NCBI GenBank assembly: GCA_030917395.1
Contig: JAUPUU010000106.1
Location: 2,806 to 66,805, forward strand
DNA from: Cyanobacteriota bacterium erpe_2018_sw_21hr_WHONDRS-SW48-000092_B_bin.40
Lineage (GTDB): Bacteria; Cyanobacteriota; Vampirovibrionia; Obscuribacterales; Obscuribacteraceae
Reading direction: 5' to 3'
DNA length: 64,000 nucleotides
Made by a program: the position numbers and the translations under genes. Under the pieces are notes generated by a model. The model saw nothing but the letters and a program-made list of their open reading frames with translations, did no database searches and was not told the origin of the DNA. Of the stretch, positions 25,088 through 34,185 are shown in pieces (within the stretch, counting starts at the first letter, position 1; each line of letters opens with the position of its first letter).

Positions 25088-26644
25088 TTGGGTATGAAGA
25101 ACCATTTGACCCAGATTCTCAAATCTTATTCGGGAGAACTGGCCCAGCTAATGCCAACCGCCCTCAAAGATGGCGAGGGTTCAAAGCAAAAGCAAAAACT
25201 GAAGAACACAATCTTAATCACGGCTGCTATGGCCCTGCTTCTGATTGTGGCCAGTCTGTTTCTAGGTAATAAATTCGAACTGATAATAATGGCGCTCATT
25301 GTTATTGGGCTGTTGTTTTATCTTTATCGCAGCCAAAATAAATTTCTCAAGCAGCACGAAGAGCAACAATTGAAGTTGCACTCAATGGCCTCAGCAGTAG
25401 AAGAGCGCAATCGCGAACTGAAGCGGCTGATAATGATTGATCCTCTCACCGAGGTCATGAACCGGCGGGGATTTGAAAGGGTCTTGCAAGCAGAAACAAA
25501 TCGGGCAAAGCGGAACAACACTCAAAATTTTGCTTTGCTTATCGACTGCGATGATTTTAAAGGGGTGAATGAAAAGTACGGTCACTCAGTTGGCGATATC
25601 GTCTTACAAGAGCTCTCGTCACGCCTACAGAAGGCTGTGAGACCATCCGATCACGTCGCTAGAATCGGTGGTGATGAATTTATGATTCTTGTCACAGACG
25701 CTGATCAATCGACAACGTTACAGGTGGCAGAAAGAGTAAGGTTGGCGGTGGCAGAAACACCAATAAACTTAGCCGATGGCGTTACTAAAATTACAACTAG
25801 TACCGGTGTCACAGCACTCTCAGATAATTTGATGTCGATTGAAGAAATACTAGCGGCGGCCAATTCAGGCCTTAAAATCAGCAAACGCTCAGGCAAGAAT
25901 AGTGTTTCATTCTCAAAACCAGACGGCCAGGTCAATGAAATGGCTGAGGTGCTAGAGAAGCTGCGTAGCGGTGCGGGCTTGCGAGCCGTATATCAGCCAA
26001 TAGCGCAGCTTAGCAATCAGCATGTGATTGCCTACGAAATTCAGCCACGTGGCTTAGTCGGTGTTTTTGAACAACCGGAAGCATTTTACAAACTGGCCCG
26101 TGAACACAATCTGCGCACAGCAGTAGACTTACGTTGCCTCAAGCTATGCCTCAGTATGATGAACAAACTTCCAGACGCCGGCGATTGCCATGTCAAAGTT
26201 TTTTCTTCAACTTTGCTTGATATACCTGTCGACGGCCTCGAAGAAATTTTCAAAGTAACTGATCGCAAATTGTGCCTGGCCATAAGCGATCAAGAGTTTC
26301 TGGCAGACCCGCTTTGTCTGAAAAGCCACATAGATAAATTGAAAGAACTAGGTGTTTCTATTGCTATTGATCAGGTAGGCTCGGGCTTTAGCTCATTAGA
26401 AAGTCTATTTTTGCTTCAACCGCAATATCTCAGACTAGACAAGAACCTTACTAAAAAATGCGAAAGCGGCGAGCAGCATCAACTTTTCTTAAAAAACTTG
26501 GTCAAATTAGCAGCACAGATTAGTGCTAAAACTATTGCAGAAGGCATCGAATCTCCAGACCATTTACGCATAATGGCCGGATGCGGCATCGACTACGGCC
26601 AAGGATTATTCTGGGGAATGCCGGTGGCTTTTGGTGACAAGTAA
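25088..26644 (+). CDS. Membrane-anchored GGDEF diguanylate cyclase with a degenerate EAL domain
   Basis: GGDEF is intact (RIGGDEFMIL). The EAL-like domain reads YEIQPR, VFSS, AISD, IDQVGSG and RLD where EALxR, N, ExxE, DDFGTG and KxD are expected. Confidence 0.85.
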   Translation: MGMKNHLTQILKSYSGELAQLMPTALKDGEGSKQKQKLKNTILITAAMALLLIVASLFLGNKFELIIMALIVIGLLFYLYRSQNKFLKQHEEQQLKLHSMASAVEERNRELKRLIMIDPLTEVMNRRGFERVLQAETNRAKRNNTQNFALLIDCDDFKGVNEKYGHSVGDIVLQELSSRLQKAVRPSDHVARIGGDEFMILVTDADQSTTLQVAERVRLAVAETPINLADGVTKITTSTGVTALSDNLMSIEEILAAANSGLKISKRSGKNSVSFSKPDGQVNEMAEVLEKLRSGAGLRAVYQPIAQLSNQHVIAYEIQPRGLVGVFEQPEAFYKLAREHNLRTAVDLRCLKLCLSMMNKLPDAGDCHVKVFSSTLLDIPVDGLEEIFKVTDRKLCLAISDQEFLADPLCLKSHIDKLKELGVSIAIDQVGSGFSSLESLFLLQPQYLRLDKNLTKKCESGEQHQLFLKNLVKLAAQISAKTIAEGIESPDHLRIMAGCGIDYGQGLFWGMPVAFGDK

Positions 26645-27068
26645 TGAAAAAGAAAGAGAGAGTCGATTGCAGACAATCGTCAAAAGACTAAAACCAAATC
26701 AAGATATTTTTGCTGAAATCGAGTCGCTCTGCCTGAAAGAGAACATACATGCCGGAGTAATTTTGTCGCTGGTCGGCTCAGTCAGAAAAGCAGCTTTGCG
26801 CTTTGCCAATCAAGAAAATGCCAGCGTAATCGATGGCCCCCATGAAATAGTTTCAGTGACAGGCACGGTCTCGAAGACTGGCTGTCACATACACATATCA
26901 ATTTCCGACGGCACCGGCACCACAATTGGTGGCCATCTTCTACCAGGAGCGATAGTCTACACAACAGTAGAGTTGGTAATACTAGACATGAGCGAAAGCT
27001 GCTCTTTCACCCGCAGTCACTGCGAAATGTCAGGATTTGAAGAACTAGTAGTGATTGAGAAGCTGTGA
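26631..27068 (+). CDS. PPC (DUF296) domain protein; start uncertain
   Basis: HAGVILSLVGSV...GPHEIVSVTGTVS...CHIHISISDGTGTTIGGHLLPGAIVYTTVELVILD fits the PPC/DUF296 pattern. The listed start overlaps the previous gene. An internal TTG is possible. Confidence 0.65.
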   Translation: MVTSNEKERESRLQTIVKRLKPNQDIFAEIESLCLKENIHAGVILSLVGSVRKAALRFANQENASVIDGPHEIVSVTGTVSKTGCHIHISISDGTGTTIGGHLLPGAIVYTTVELVILDMSESCSFTRSHCEMSGFEELVVIEKL

Positions 27069-27126
27069 GAATGATTACTATTCGCTACTTACGAGAGGCT
27101 ATTTGCGAATAGCTACTTAAATCTAG

Positions 27127-28257
27127 CTACTTGCCTGAGGCGCGAATTTTCAAGGCATCGCCAAACGAGCTTAAGCCAGCTCCATAATTGCCGTTGCGAG
27201 CATAGGCATCGGCCAAGAAAAATGCTACAGCGGGGTTCTGCGGGCTAGTTTTCTTCAAGGCCGCCAACTTAGCCAAAGCAGCATCGTGGTTGCCATCAAA
27301 TTCTTCTTCTACATGGGCGCGATAGGCAGCGGCCCAGATGTCTTTCGGGTCGCGCTTAATTAGTTCGCCCAGTTGACTGAGACACTTTTGATAATAAATG
27401 CGAATCTGCGGCTCAGCCCAAGGCGGAACGTCATCCAGAGCACCGGGTATGCGCGGTATAGCCGAAGCAATTGGTCTTGTGCCAGTTAGAGCAGAAGCAA
27501 GAATTGCAGCACCACCTAACAAACCAGCGGTGGTCTTGTTTTGCTTTTTCGGCATGATACCAGCCATGCGCTTTTCTAAATTAACTTTATTGCGAGCTTT
27601 AGTGGCAAACAAGTAAGCCTGCATGTAATAGCCCCAGCCAAGGCCATAGCGAATGCAGTTGTTGTTAGGCTCGTCTTGCAAAGTTAACTCATACTGACCG
27701 ACAGCGCGATTGAAATAATCAGGGTCGCCAGTGGCCTGAGCCAAATTGCGAGCACGGCGCACCTCTTTCAGGGCCTGCTCGACCTGACTGGTGCGAGTTA
27801 AGGCCACAGCATAAATGAAAGCAGCCTCGGGGCTGGTGGGATATTGCTGAGCTTGCTGAGCCGCCTGAGCCAAATCGCAATAAGGGGTAAGGGCATCCTG
27901 GCCGGTGGAACCAGACAAAATCACCCCAGGGCGCCAAACGGTGGTCGATCGCGGGGCGTTATCGTTGTTATCAAACTTGGCCGTGCCAGCCTGAAGCGGC
28001 TGAGCAGGAGGCGCAGGAGTGGTCGGCGTTACCGGACTAGCAAACTGATTGACCAAATCAGGCGACATTACGCTTTTAACTTCTTCTGGCGGTTGTGTTA
28101 CCTGCGGTGGTGCTGGAGCGGGCACATTGCGCTGCAGGCGGAAGGACGATTGCGATTGATTGACCTCAACGCCCCCTTTCTGCACAGGAGCCGCCAGAGA
28201 CATTGAAGGACACGAGCTAGTGAGCAAAAGAAGGGCAAAAATTGGCTTAAACTTCAA
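27127..28257 (-). CDS. Secreted TPR-like protein
   Basis: A signal peptide and P/Q-rich linker are followed by helical repeats. No enzymatic motif was seen. Confidence 0.55.
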   Translation of the reverse strand: MKFKPIFALLLLTSSCPSMSLAAPVQKGGVEVNQSQSSFRLQRNVPAPAPPQVTQPPEEVKSVMSPDLVNQFASPVTPTTPAPPAQPLQAGTAKFDNNDNAPRSTTVWRPGVILSGSTGQDALTPYCDLAQAAQQAQQYPTSPEAAFIYAVALTRTSQVEQALKEVRRARNLAQATGDPDYFNRAVGQYELTLQDEPNNNCIRYGLGWGYYMQAYLFATKARNKVNLEKRMAGIMPKKQNKTTAGLLGGAAILASALTGTRPIASAIPRIPGALDDVPPWAEPQIRIYYQKCLSQLGELIKRDPKDIWAAAYRAHVEEEFDGNHDAALAKLAALKKTSPQNPAVAFFLADAYARNGNYGAGLSSFGDALKIRASGK

Positions 28258-28318
28258 AAGAATCTGTCCTTAACAAAATAAACGACCTCACTCAATTGTG
28301 CCCACAATTGCGCTCAAT

Positions 28319-28648
28319 TTATTGCCGGGAAAATAGCTTTTCTAACCCTTCGCCAGGCTTAAGGCGATAAAGAGCGACCAAAACATAAAGGGACATTGCA
28401 ATATTGCCCAAACAGGCTATGGCAAAAAACAAGAAAACTTTCAACGGAAGCGACTTTTCCCTATAGCAGACCCAGAGAAAGAAAGAGAGGAAAGCGAAAT
28501 AGGCATCAAAAAGTGTTGCTTTAAACCAGACATCATTCAACACCACCGGTGGTATCGCCAGTATGCTCTCCTGAGTAGCACACCAGACAGTGAGAGCAAG
28601 CATGAAAATGAAGATTAACGCATAAAGCAACCGCAATGAAACAATCAT
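28319..28648 (-). CDS. Small membrane protein, DUF1475-like
   Basis: The pattern LALTVWCATQESILAIPP...WFKATLFDAYFAFLSFFLWVCYRE...LGNIAMSLYVL matches my memory of DUF1475. It overlaps the upstream gene by 4 nt. Confidence 0.55.
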   Translation of the reverse strand: MIVSLRLLYALIFIFMLALTVWCATQESILAIPPVVLNDVWFKATLFDAYFAFLSFFLWVCYREKSLPLKVFLFFAIACLGNIAMSLYVLVALYRLKPGEGLEKLFSRQ

Positions 28649-29391
28649 GACTTAAGGCCTTGTTTTGACGACTCTAACTTTACTTTTAACCCATTTAGCA
28701 CTGTCGGCAAATAGCCCTTCACCTGAGAGGCAAGCAGCCAGGGTGGCAAAGCAAGACCACCATCTAAATGAATGCTATAGGTCACCAATGTCGCCAAATC
28801 TTTTGACGCTGAATCTTTGTTCAGAAAATCTTTGGTCGTTGAATCCTTATTGGCTGAATCCTTGCTTACAGGATCTTTGGTCAACGCAGCTTTAGCCACC
28901 GACTCAAGCTCCCAGGCCCCCATCACTTCCTTGAACGACCCAGATCTTCTCTTCCACTTAATCAAACTAGGCTTGGTCTCGATCAAATTAACAACATAAT
29001 CAAACTTGATTGGTCCACCAGGCTTAACCACCTGCCTCACCAACTTAACTTCCCCCTCATTGCCAATCACCTTACACAGACTCAAGTTGGTGAAAATCTC
29101 AGGAGAGCGATCGTAATCAACTAAAGTCGACCAGACCCTTTCACGAGGCGCATTAATCAACACCGAACCAACTACATAAGTGTGGTTGTCACGCTTCTCT
29201 ACGCGCACCTGAGGCTGCTCTGTGACCATTTTTGCCACCTGCTGATTTGCTTGATTTACTTGACTTGCTTGACTGGAACGACCGGGTGGGAGACCCGGCT
29301 GAGCGTTGGCTTGCTGCAGGGCGCAGCAAAGCAAAACATAAATGAGTAAGCTCGGCCGACTAAAGACAAGCCCAATGCTCTTCAAGACCAT
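28645..29391 (-). CDS. Secreted SRPBCC (cyclase/dehydrase, START-like) protein with a KDS-rich insertion
   Basis: A signal peptide precedes RERVWSTLVDYDRSPEIFTNL. The low-complexity insert is TKDPVSKDSANKDSTTKDFLNKDSASKD. Confidence 0.7.
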   Translation of the reverse strand: MVLKSIGLVFSRPSLLIYVLLCCALQQANAQPGLPPGRSSQASQVNQANQQVAKMVTEQPQVRVEKRDNHTYVVGSVLINAPRERVWSTLVDYDRSPEIFTNLSLCKVIGNEGEVKLVRQVVKPGGPIKFDYVVNLIETKPSLIKWKRRSGSFKEVMGAWELESVAKAALTKDPVSKDSANKDSTTKDFLNKDSASKDLATLVTYSIHLDGGLALPPWLLASQVKGYLPTVLNGLKVKLESSKQGLKS

Positions 29392-29411
29392 TCCGCCTCA
29401 GTCTCCGCTTA

Positions 29412-29449
29412 GGGAAAAAGTGGGGCTGCCAAAACAGGCTAGCAGCCCC
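29412..29449 (-). terminator. Intrinsic terminator after the fasciclin gene
   Basis: On the minus strand the RNA reads GGGGCUGC-12 nt loop-GCAGCCCC followed by ACUUUUUCCC. It starts 12 nt after the stop. Confidence 0.6.
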
Positions 29450-29460
29450 ATCTATAAACG

Positions 29461-30015
29461 CTATTGTGGCATCAATACCTTGTCAATGACGTGAATGACG
29501 CCATTTGTACATTTGATATCAGTAGCAGTGACATTGGCATCACCCACCATCACTTTACCGTCGGTTTCTTTGATGGCAACGCTTGAGCCCTCAAGAGTCT
29601 TAGCCGATTTCAGCTTCACCACTTTCTTCGCCAGAACTTCACCATTGACCACATGGTAGGTGAGAACTTTAGCCAACTTCGCCTTATCAGCAAGCAGGGC
29701 GTTTAAGGCATCAGCTGGCACCTTAGCGAAAGCGGCATCATCTGGAGCGAAGACTGTGAATGGTCCCTTCCCCTTAAGGGTTTCAACCAATCCAGCTGCG
29801 CCTAGAGCTTTTGCCAAAGTATTGAACTTTCCAGCAGCTACAGCAGTATCGACAATATCTTTCTCAGCAACTTCGGCCGATTTTTCCGATTTCGCCATCT
29901 TTGAAGAGCAAGATGGCGCAGCCAGGGCTTCAGTCAGTGGAGCCCAGGCAAAAACACATGCCAAAACTGGGCTTACCGCCCGACAAATGCCTTTACTTAA
30001 TCTGTTTGACAACAT
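29461..30015 (-). CDS. Fasciclin (FAS1) domain protein, secreted
   Basis: [32 protein letters not shown] and [13 protein letters not shown]. Confidence 0.9.
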   Translation of the reverse strand: MLSNRLSKGICRAVSPVLACVFAWAPLTEALAAPSCSSKMAKSEKSAEVAEKDIVDTAVAAGKFNTLAKALGAAGLVETLKGKGPFTVFAPDDAAFAKVPADALNALLADKAKLAKVLTYHVVNGEVLAKKVVKLKSAKTLEGSSVAIKETDGKVMVGDANVTATDIKCTNGVIHVIDKVLMPQ

Positions 30016-30066
30016 AAATCCTCCAGCTACCTAGTAGGCAGCAAAACTCTAATGACTAATGAAAGT

Positions 30067-30092
30067 TTGACTGAAAATACATTTATAGTCAA
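30067..30092. promoter_or_regulatory. Imperfect 26-bp palindrome, candidate TetR operator
   Basis: TTGACTGAAAATACATTTATAGTCAA has 10 of 13 positions symmetric. It lies 40 nt upstream of the TetR start. Confidence 0.35.
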
Positions 30093-30132
30093 TCCTCTAT
30101 TCGTTAATTGTAAAATGTGTCAGGAGACAAAA

Positions 30133-30750
30133 ATGAACCTATCTAGACGCGAAAAAATCCTAGAAGCGGCAACCTGGCTATTTGGCTACTACGGCTTTGA
30201 AAAAACCACTGTAGATGACATCGCCGACCGAGCATCAATTAGCAAAGGCTCTGTCTATCTTGAATTTCAGAACAAAGAAGCAATTCTTGTTGCTGTAGTT
30301 CAACAATTCACCAGCCGCGAACTTGAGCGCATAAACCAGTTGGTAAAAGATGCCAAGGCACCTTACCTAAGCGTGCTGCGCGAGCTTCTGCACGGCCACG
30401 TAATGTCTTACTGGTCAATTGCTAGCGGCCAACTGCATAGCCCCGAGGTAATTGCCTCAGCCAATCCATCTATCATGGCTGAAATTATGAACTTCCAGGG
30501 CGCCATATTTTTACAGATTGCTTTCTTGCTTGAAAAAGCTGCCAGCAATAAGGAGATCGCCCCGGCCAAGGCCCCCGAAGATTACTTCTATCAAGCTGAG
30601 CTAGTCTGCTATCTACTTGCCGCTCTCTTTCCACCCTATGACCGCCTCAAAGCGCGCGATCCCAGGTCATTTACCGAAGCGACCCTGCGCAAATACGCGG
30701 ATAGCATGATTTCTATGACTCTAGCTGGCGTTCGCGCTGGCCTTGAATAA
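30133..30750 (+). CDS. TetR-family transcriptional regulator
   Basis: REKILEAATWLFGYYGFEKTTVDDIADRASISKGSVYLEF (TetR_N HTH). The ATG at 30133 follows GGAGA. The track start at 30052 is unlikely. Confidence 0.85.
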   Translation: MNLSRREKILEAATWLFGYYGFEKTTVDDIADRASISKGSVYLEFQNKEAILVAVVQQFTSRELERINQLVKDAKAPYLSVLRELLHGHVMSYWSIASGQLHSPEVIASANPSIMAEIMNFQGAIFLQIAFLLEKAASNKEIAPAKAPEDYFYQAELVCYLLAALFPPYDRLKARDPRSFTEATLRKYADSMISMTLAGVRAGLE

Positions 30751-30758
30751 ACGCGCTC

Positions 30759-30816
30759 AACAGACACCTATAACAGAAGCCTTCAACAGAACTCTTTAAC
30801 AGACTACTTGAACAAA
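30759..30816. repeat. Five hexamers (AACAGA x4, AACAAA x1) phased at exactly 13 nt in a convergent intergenic region
   Basis: Hexamers start at 30759, 30772, 30785, 30798 and 30811. The 7-nt spacers are unrelated to one another. Confidence 0.6.
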
Positions 30817-30828
30817 AGTGCCCGAAAC

Positions 30829-31854
30829 CTATTCAAGAATTTTGCGCGCAGCTGCTAAATCTGCTTTCGACTTTTCCATATTGCCCATACGAGCGTACAA
30901 ATCAGCCCGTTCTTTATAGGCTATAGAGCTGGGCTCAATGACAATGACCTTGTCTAAATCTTTCAAAGCAGCAGGGTAATTTTTCAGCTGTTTATAGATG
31001 CTACTGCGCAAGCGAAATGCATCGGGATCGTTCGGCACAATCGCCAATAGGCGAGCAGTCTCTTTCAGTGCTTCTTCTGGTTTACCGGCTTTGATCAAAC
31101 AATTGATTATCTGATGGCGCGCCCAATCGGAAGCATGATAACGATCCGACTGACGAAAAGCCTCTGCCGCTTCAGCATAACGCCCCATCTGCTCAAGAAT
31201 ACCGGCTTTGGTGCTATAAACCGAAACAAATTTACCCATATATTTCTCAGCATCAAGAGCTGCTTTATAAGCCTGATCATAGCGCTTAAGCATATTAAGT
31301 ACTCTAGCTTTAAGCAGATAGGCACTGTTGTATTTCACTGGGCACTTGAGTGATTGATTGACATAGGTTAGCGCCTCCTCAAGCCGATCTTGCAACAAGG
31401 CAATTTCAGCTAATCGACAATAGGCTTTACTGCAATTCTTATCGAGGGCAATGGCTTGCTTTAAAAACTTTTCGGCTTTATCGGCATCGGCAGTATCGTC
31501 TAAGTCATCCATGTAAGTGAAGGCAGAGCCGCAAAGCACATCAGGAGTAATGCAGTTTGCCTTGCGCAGTTTCTCAAAGATCACTTTTGCTTCGCTAATA
31601 TGCTTGTTGTCTCTAAACTCCTCACCAATGATGCACAAGAAAGCAACTTCATCAGGTGTGTAACTATTTTTGTGGTTAAAAATCAGCTTCTTGTACCTGG
31701 CCTCATTGACCGGAGCTAAAGCAAAATCATCCGAAGCGAAAGCAGCATTGCTTGAAACAACCCCAGCGGCAAGCAAAAGAAGAACTCTTGTAGTTAAGCG
31801 AACACCGAAGAACATAGCCAGCCTCGAACGCCCTAAAAACATCTTGCCCAGCAA
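30829..31854 (-). CDS. Secreted TPR repeat protein
   Basis: A signal/anchor sequence is followed by several canonical TPRs (for example YCRLAEIALLQDRLEEALTYVNQSLKCPV and AYKERADLYARMGNMEKSKADLAAARKI). Confidence 0.7.
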   Translation of the reverse strand: MLGKMFLGRSRLAMFFGVRLTTRVLLLLAAGVVSSNAAFASDDFALAPVNEARYKKLIFNHKNSYTPDEVAFLCIIGEEFRDNKHISEAKVIFEKLRKANCITPDVLCGSAFTYMDDLDDTADADKAEKFLKQAIALDKNCSKAYCRLAEIALLQDRLEEALTYVNQSLKCPVKYNSAYLLKARVLNMLKRYDQAYKAALDAEKYMGKFVSVYSTKAGILEQMGRYAEAAEAFRQSDRYHASDWARHQIINCLIKAGKPEEALKETARLLAIVPNDPDAFRLRSSIYKQLKNYPAALKDLDKVIVIEPSSIAYKERADLYARMGNMEKSKADLAAARKILE

Positions 31855-31939
31855 AAGCGCGATTCACTCCTCATGCGGAAATAACCAACAAGCCCGCCTG
31901 TAGACGAGCGGCGAATAAATACAAACTTAAACCAAAACC

Positions 31940-31977
31940 TTGGTCAATTTGTTTCACCAATATGTTAATTTGGTCAA
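31940..31977. promoter_or_regulatory. TTGGTCAA repeats and inverted repeat, candidate TetR operator
   Basis: TTGGTCAA (31940) and TTCACCAA (31953) form an inverted repeat. A second direct TTGGTCAA lies at 31970, just upstream of the TetR ATG at 32004. Confidence 0.3.
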
Positions 31978-32003
31978 ACAATAAATGTCCACAAATAAGA
32001 CGC

Positions 32004-32621
32004 ATGGCAAGACCGAAAACTATCCCCAATAGAGCTGAATTGATCATTGGCGCTGCCGAAGAATTATTTGCGCGTTATGGCTATGAGCGCACTAGTATTG
32101 ACGACATTGCCCGCCACCTTGGTATTGGCAAAGGCTCTATTTATCTAGATTTTCGCACCAAAGACGACATCCTCTTCACTGTCATCTCTAAACATGCTGA
32201 GTCTATGAAACAGCTCATGCAAGAGAAGCTTGACAATGTTGGTAGCTCGCCACTGGCTGCCTTGAAAGAAATTCTTGAGCACAGTATTGCTATGGTTTAT
32301 GACAATGTCACCCGCGACATTCATACACCGGAAGCATTGCTCCATACCTCTTTAACTATGAAAACTCGCTTTGCTCACTTCTTTGTCTTTAAGCGCACCG
32401 CTGTTCTTAACTTGCTGCAAATGGCCGCAAAAGCTGGTGAAATCGCACCAGAAAAGGCGAGTGAAGAAATGGCCATAACAATTTTGATGACCACATCTAC
32501 GCTCTATCCGCCATATTTCAATAACTACACTGAGTCTGAAACCACAATCAAGAAGCCACAACTGATAAAGCAAGCCAAGCTCACTCTAGACTTGTTGATT
32601 GACGGTTTGAAGGCCCGCTGA
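32004..32621 (+). CDS. TetR-family transcriptional regulator (paralog of 30133..30750)
   Basis: AELIIGAAEELFARYGYERTSIDDIARHLGIGKGSIYLDF. Both paralogs share a C-terminal L(F/Y)PPY motif. Confidence 0.85.
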   Translation: MARPKTIPNRAELIIGAAEELFARYGYERTSIDDIARHLGIGKGSIYLDFRTKDDILFTVISKHAESMKQLMQEKLDNVGSSPLAALKEILEHSIAMVYDNVTRDIHTPEALLHTSLTMKTRFAHFFVFKRTAVLNLLQMAAKAGEIAPEKASEEMAITILMTTSTLYPPYFNNYTESETTIKKPQLIKQAKLTLDLLIDGLKAR

Positions 32622-32656
32622 GTCGAGCCTCGAAGGCAAGTTCTGATTTCAAGATA

Positions 32657-33325
32657 TTACTTCAAGTACTTGGCGAACCAGTCCTGGGCCAGGTGCGCCA
32701 CTTGTTCTAAAGAGCCTGGCTCCTCAAACAAATGCGCCGCGCCATCGATCACAGCTAAGTGTTTTGCACAGGCCAATAGCAAAACTGCTTCTTGGTTGAG
32801 CTTTAGCACATCTTGATCATTAGCACCGACAATGAGCAAAGTCGGAGCATGAACATCCTCAAACACATCAGCCGCTAAGTCGACTCTACCACCGCGAGAA
32901 ACTACTGCACTAACAAATTTACTTCTTCTCTCAGCAGCAACAAGAGCAGCCGCGGCTCCAGTACTAGCCCCAAACAATCCAATCCTCAAACCCTTGGTAT
33001 TTTCATCAACGACCATGGCGTCGATCACGGCAACGAGTCGCTCAGAGAGAAAATCAATGTCGAAACGATGCTCACCACTAGCAGTATCATGATGCTCTTC
33101 TACTTGACTGAGCAGGTCAACGAGCAAAGATCCCAAGCCTTTGCTATTAAGTGCACTTGCCACAAACTGGTTTCTCGGACTAAAGCGACTACTAGCGCTA
33201 CCGTGAGCAAAAATTACGAGACCAGAAGCGTGTTCAGGCACTACTAGATCAGCAGTCAAACTTGTTTTGCCCGAATGAATAGTGAGTGAAGTTCTTACTT
33301 CCTGAGTTCGCGAACCGAATTTCAT
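32657..33325 (-). CDS. Alpha/beta hydrolase (dienelactone-hydrolase-like)
   Basis: LVIFAHGSASSRFSPRN, the nucleophile elbow GLFGASTGAAAAL, and a late GAAHLFEEPG. Confidence 0.75.
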   Translation of the reverse strand: MKFGSRTQEVRTSLTIHSGKTSLTADLVVPEHASGLVIFAHGSASSRFSPRNQFVASALNSKGLGSLLVDLLSQVEEHHDTASGEHRFDIDFLSERLVAVIDAMVVDENTKGLRIGLFGASTGAAAALVAAERRSKFVSAVVSRGGRVDLAADVFEDVHAPTLLIVGANDQDVLKLNQEAVLLLACAKHLAVIDGAAHLFEEPGSLEQVAHLAQDWFAKYLK

Positions 33326-33340
33326 GTCTTGCTCCTTCGA

Positions 33341-33381
33341 AAAGCAAAATTCTGCCTCTCCATTACTTTAAAAGAGGCAGA
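33341..33381 (-). terminator. Intrinsic terminator downstream of the HEAT-repeat gene
   Basis: On the minus strand the RNA reads UCUGCCUCU-13 nt loop-AGAGGCAGA followed by AUUUUGCUUUU. Confidence 0.6.
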
Positions 33382-33477
33382 AATCCGCGACATCAGCCGT
33401 AAGACTTAACCAGAGAAATCATCCCGCTAACTTTAAGGAAACAGCAAAACCAGCTCTGTTGACAGCTAAGAAACCAC

Positions 33478-34029
33478 CTAAACTGGTGCCCAGTTAGTGC
33501 CGCCGGTGCTGAAGACATCAATGAACGGCGCGTGAATATTGACTCTAGCCGCAGCCTTAATCCTTCGCCCCAAAGTGTCTTGAGCCCGAGTGGCCACATA
33601 TGGATTTTCATCAAGCGCTAGCTCACTGAGCACTGGTGATGGCATGTTATGGTTTTCGGCCAACGAATAGCGGACATCGGCGTCTGGGTCGTGGGCCAGT
33701 GCCATCAGGATGCCCACTGGAGCAGCGGGGTTGTCGGCTACGGCAGTGCGAACCGCAGGATGCTTATCTGCAGCCATCTGCGCCAGTAATTCAGGCGCAT
33801 CGCCGAGGTTCTCAACCACCGCAACCAACAAATTAGGGTCACGGGCTGGCAAGAACAACTGTTCTTTCACTGTATTGGTTCGCAAAACCGATGCATTCTT
33901 ATAAAAAACACGCAGCCAACTGCTTGCCGAGACCGAGCGGCCCGAACGAGCCAGCCGAGAACGTTCTGCCCTCAAACGAATTTTGATCATTTGAAATGCA
34001 GAAGCATTTTGCGTTTTCTTCTTAGACAT
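33478..34029 (-). CDS. HEAT/LRV-type repeat protein
   Basis: Repeats DKHPAVRTAVADNPAAP, HDPDADVRYSLAENHNMP and LDENPYVATRAQ. I prefer the start at MSKKK (34029) because GGAAGGAAGG precedes it. Confidence 0.6.
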   Translation of the reverse strand: MSKKKTQNASAFQMIKIRLRAERSRLARSGRSVSASSWLRVFYKNASVLRTNTVKEQLFLPARDPNLLVAVVENLGDAPELLAQMAADKHPAVRTAVADNPAAPVGILMALAHDPDADVRYSLAENHNMPSPVLSELALDENPYVATRAQDTLGRRIKAAARVNIHAPFIDVFSTGGTNWAPV

Positions 34030-34185
34030 AAAGACCTTCCTTCCTTCGAGCACGATCGCTCCGAAGTGAGTCGACAGGCCTTGCGACCACAATGAAGCGA
34101 TAAAAGTTCCCAAAATGAACATATTGAATAAGATTAAAATTGTCGAAATTGTCAATAATGCCGCTCACAGCAACGCTTCATGAGG

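Noticed and set aside
28290-28307. The palindrome CAATTGTGCCCACAATTG lies between the DUF1475-like gene and the next TPR gene.
   Set aside because: It could be a weak terminator or an operator. There is no adjacent U-tract and no regulator to link it to, so it is too ambiguous to call.
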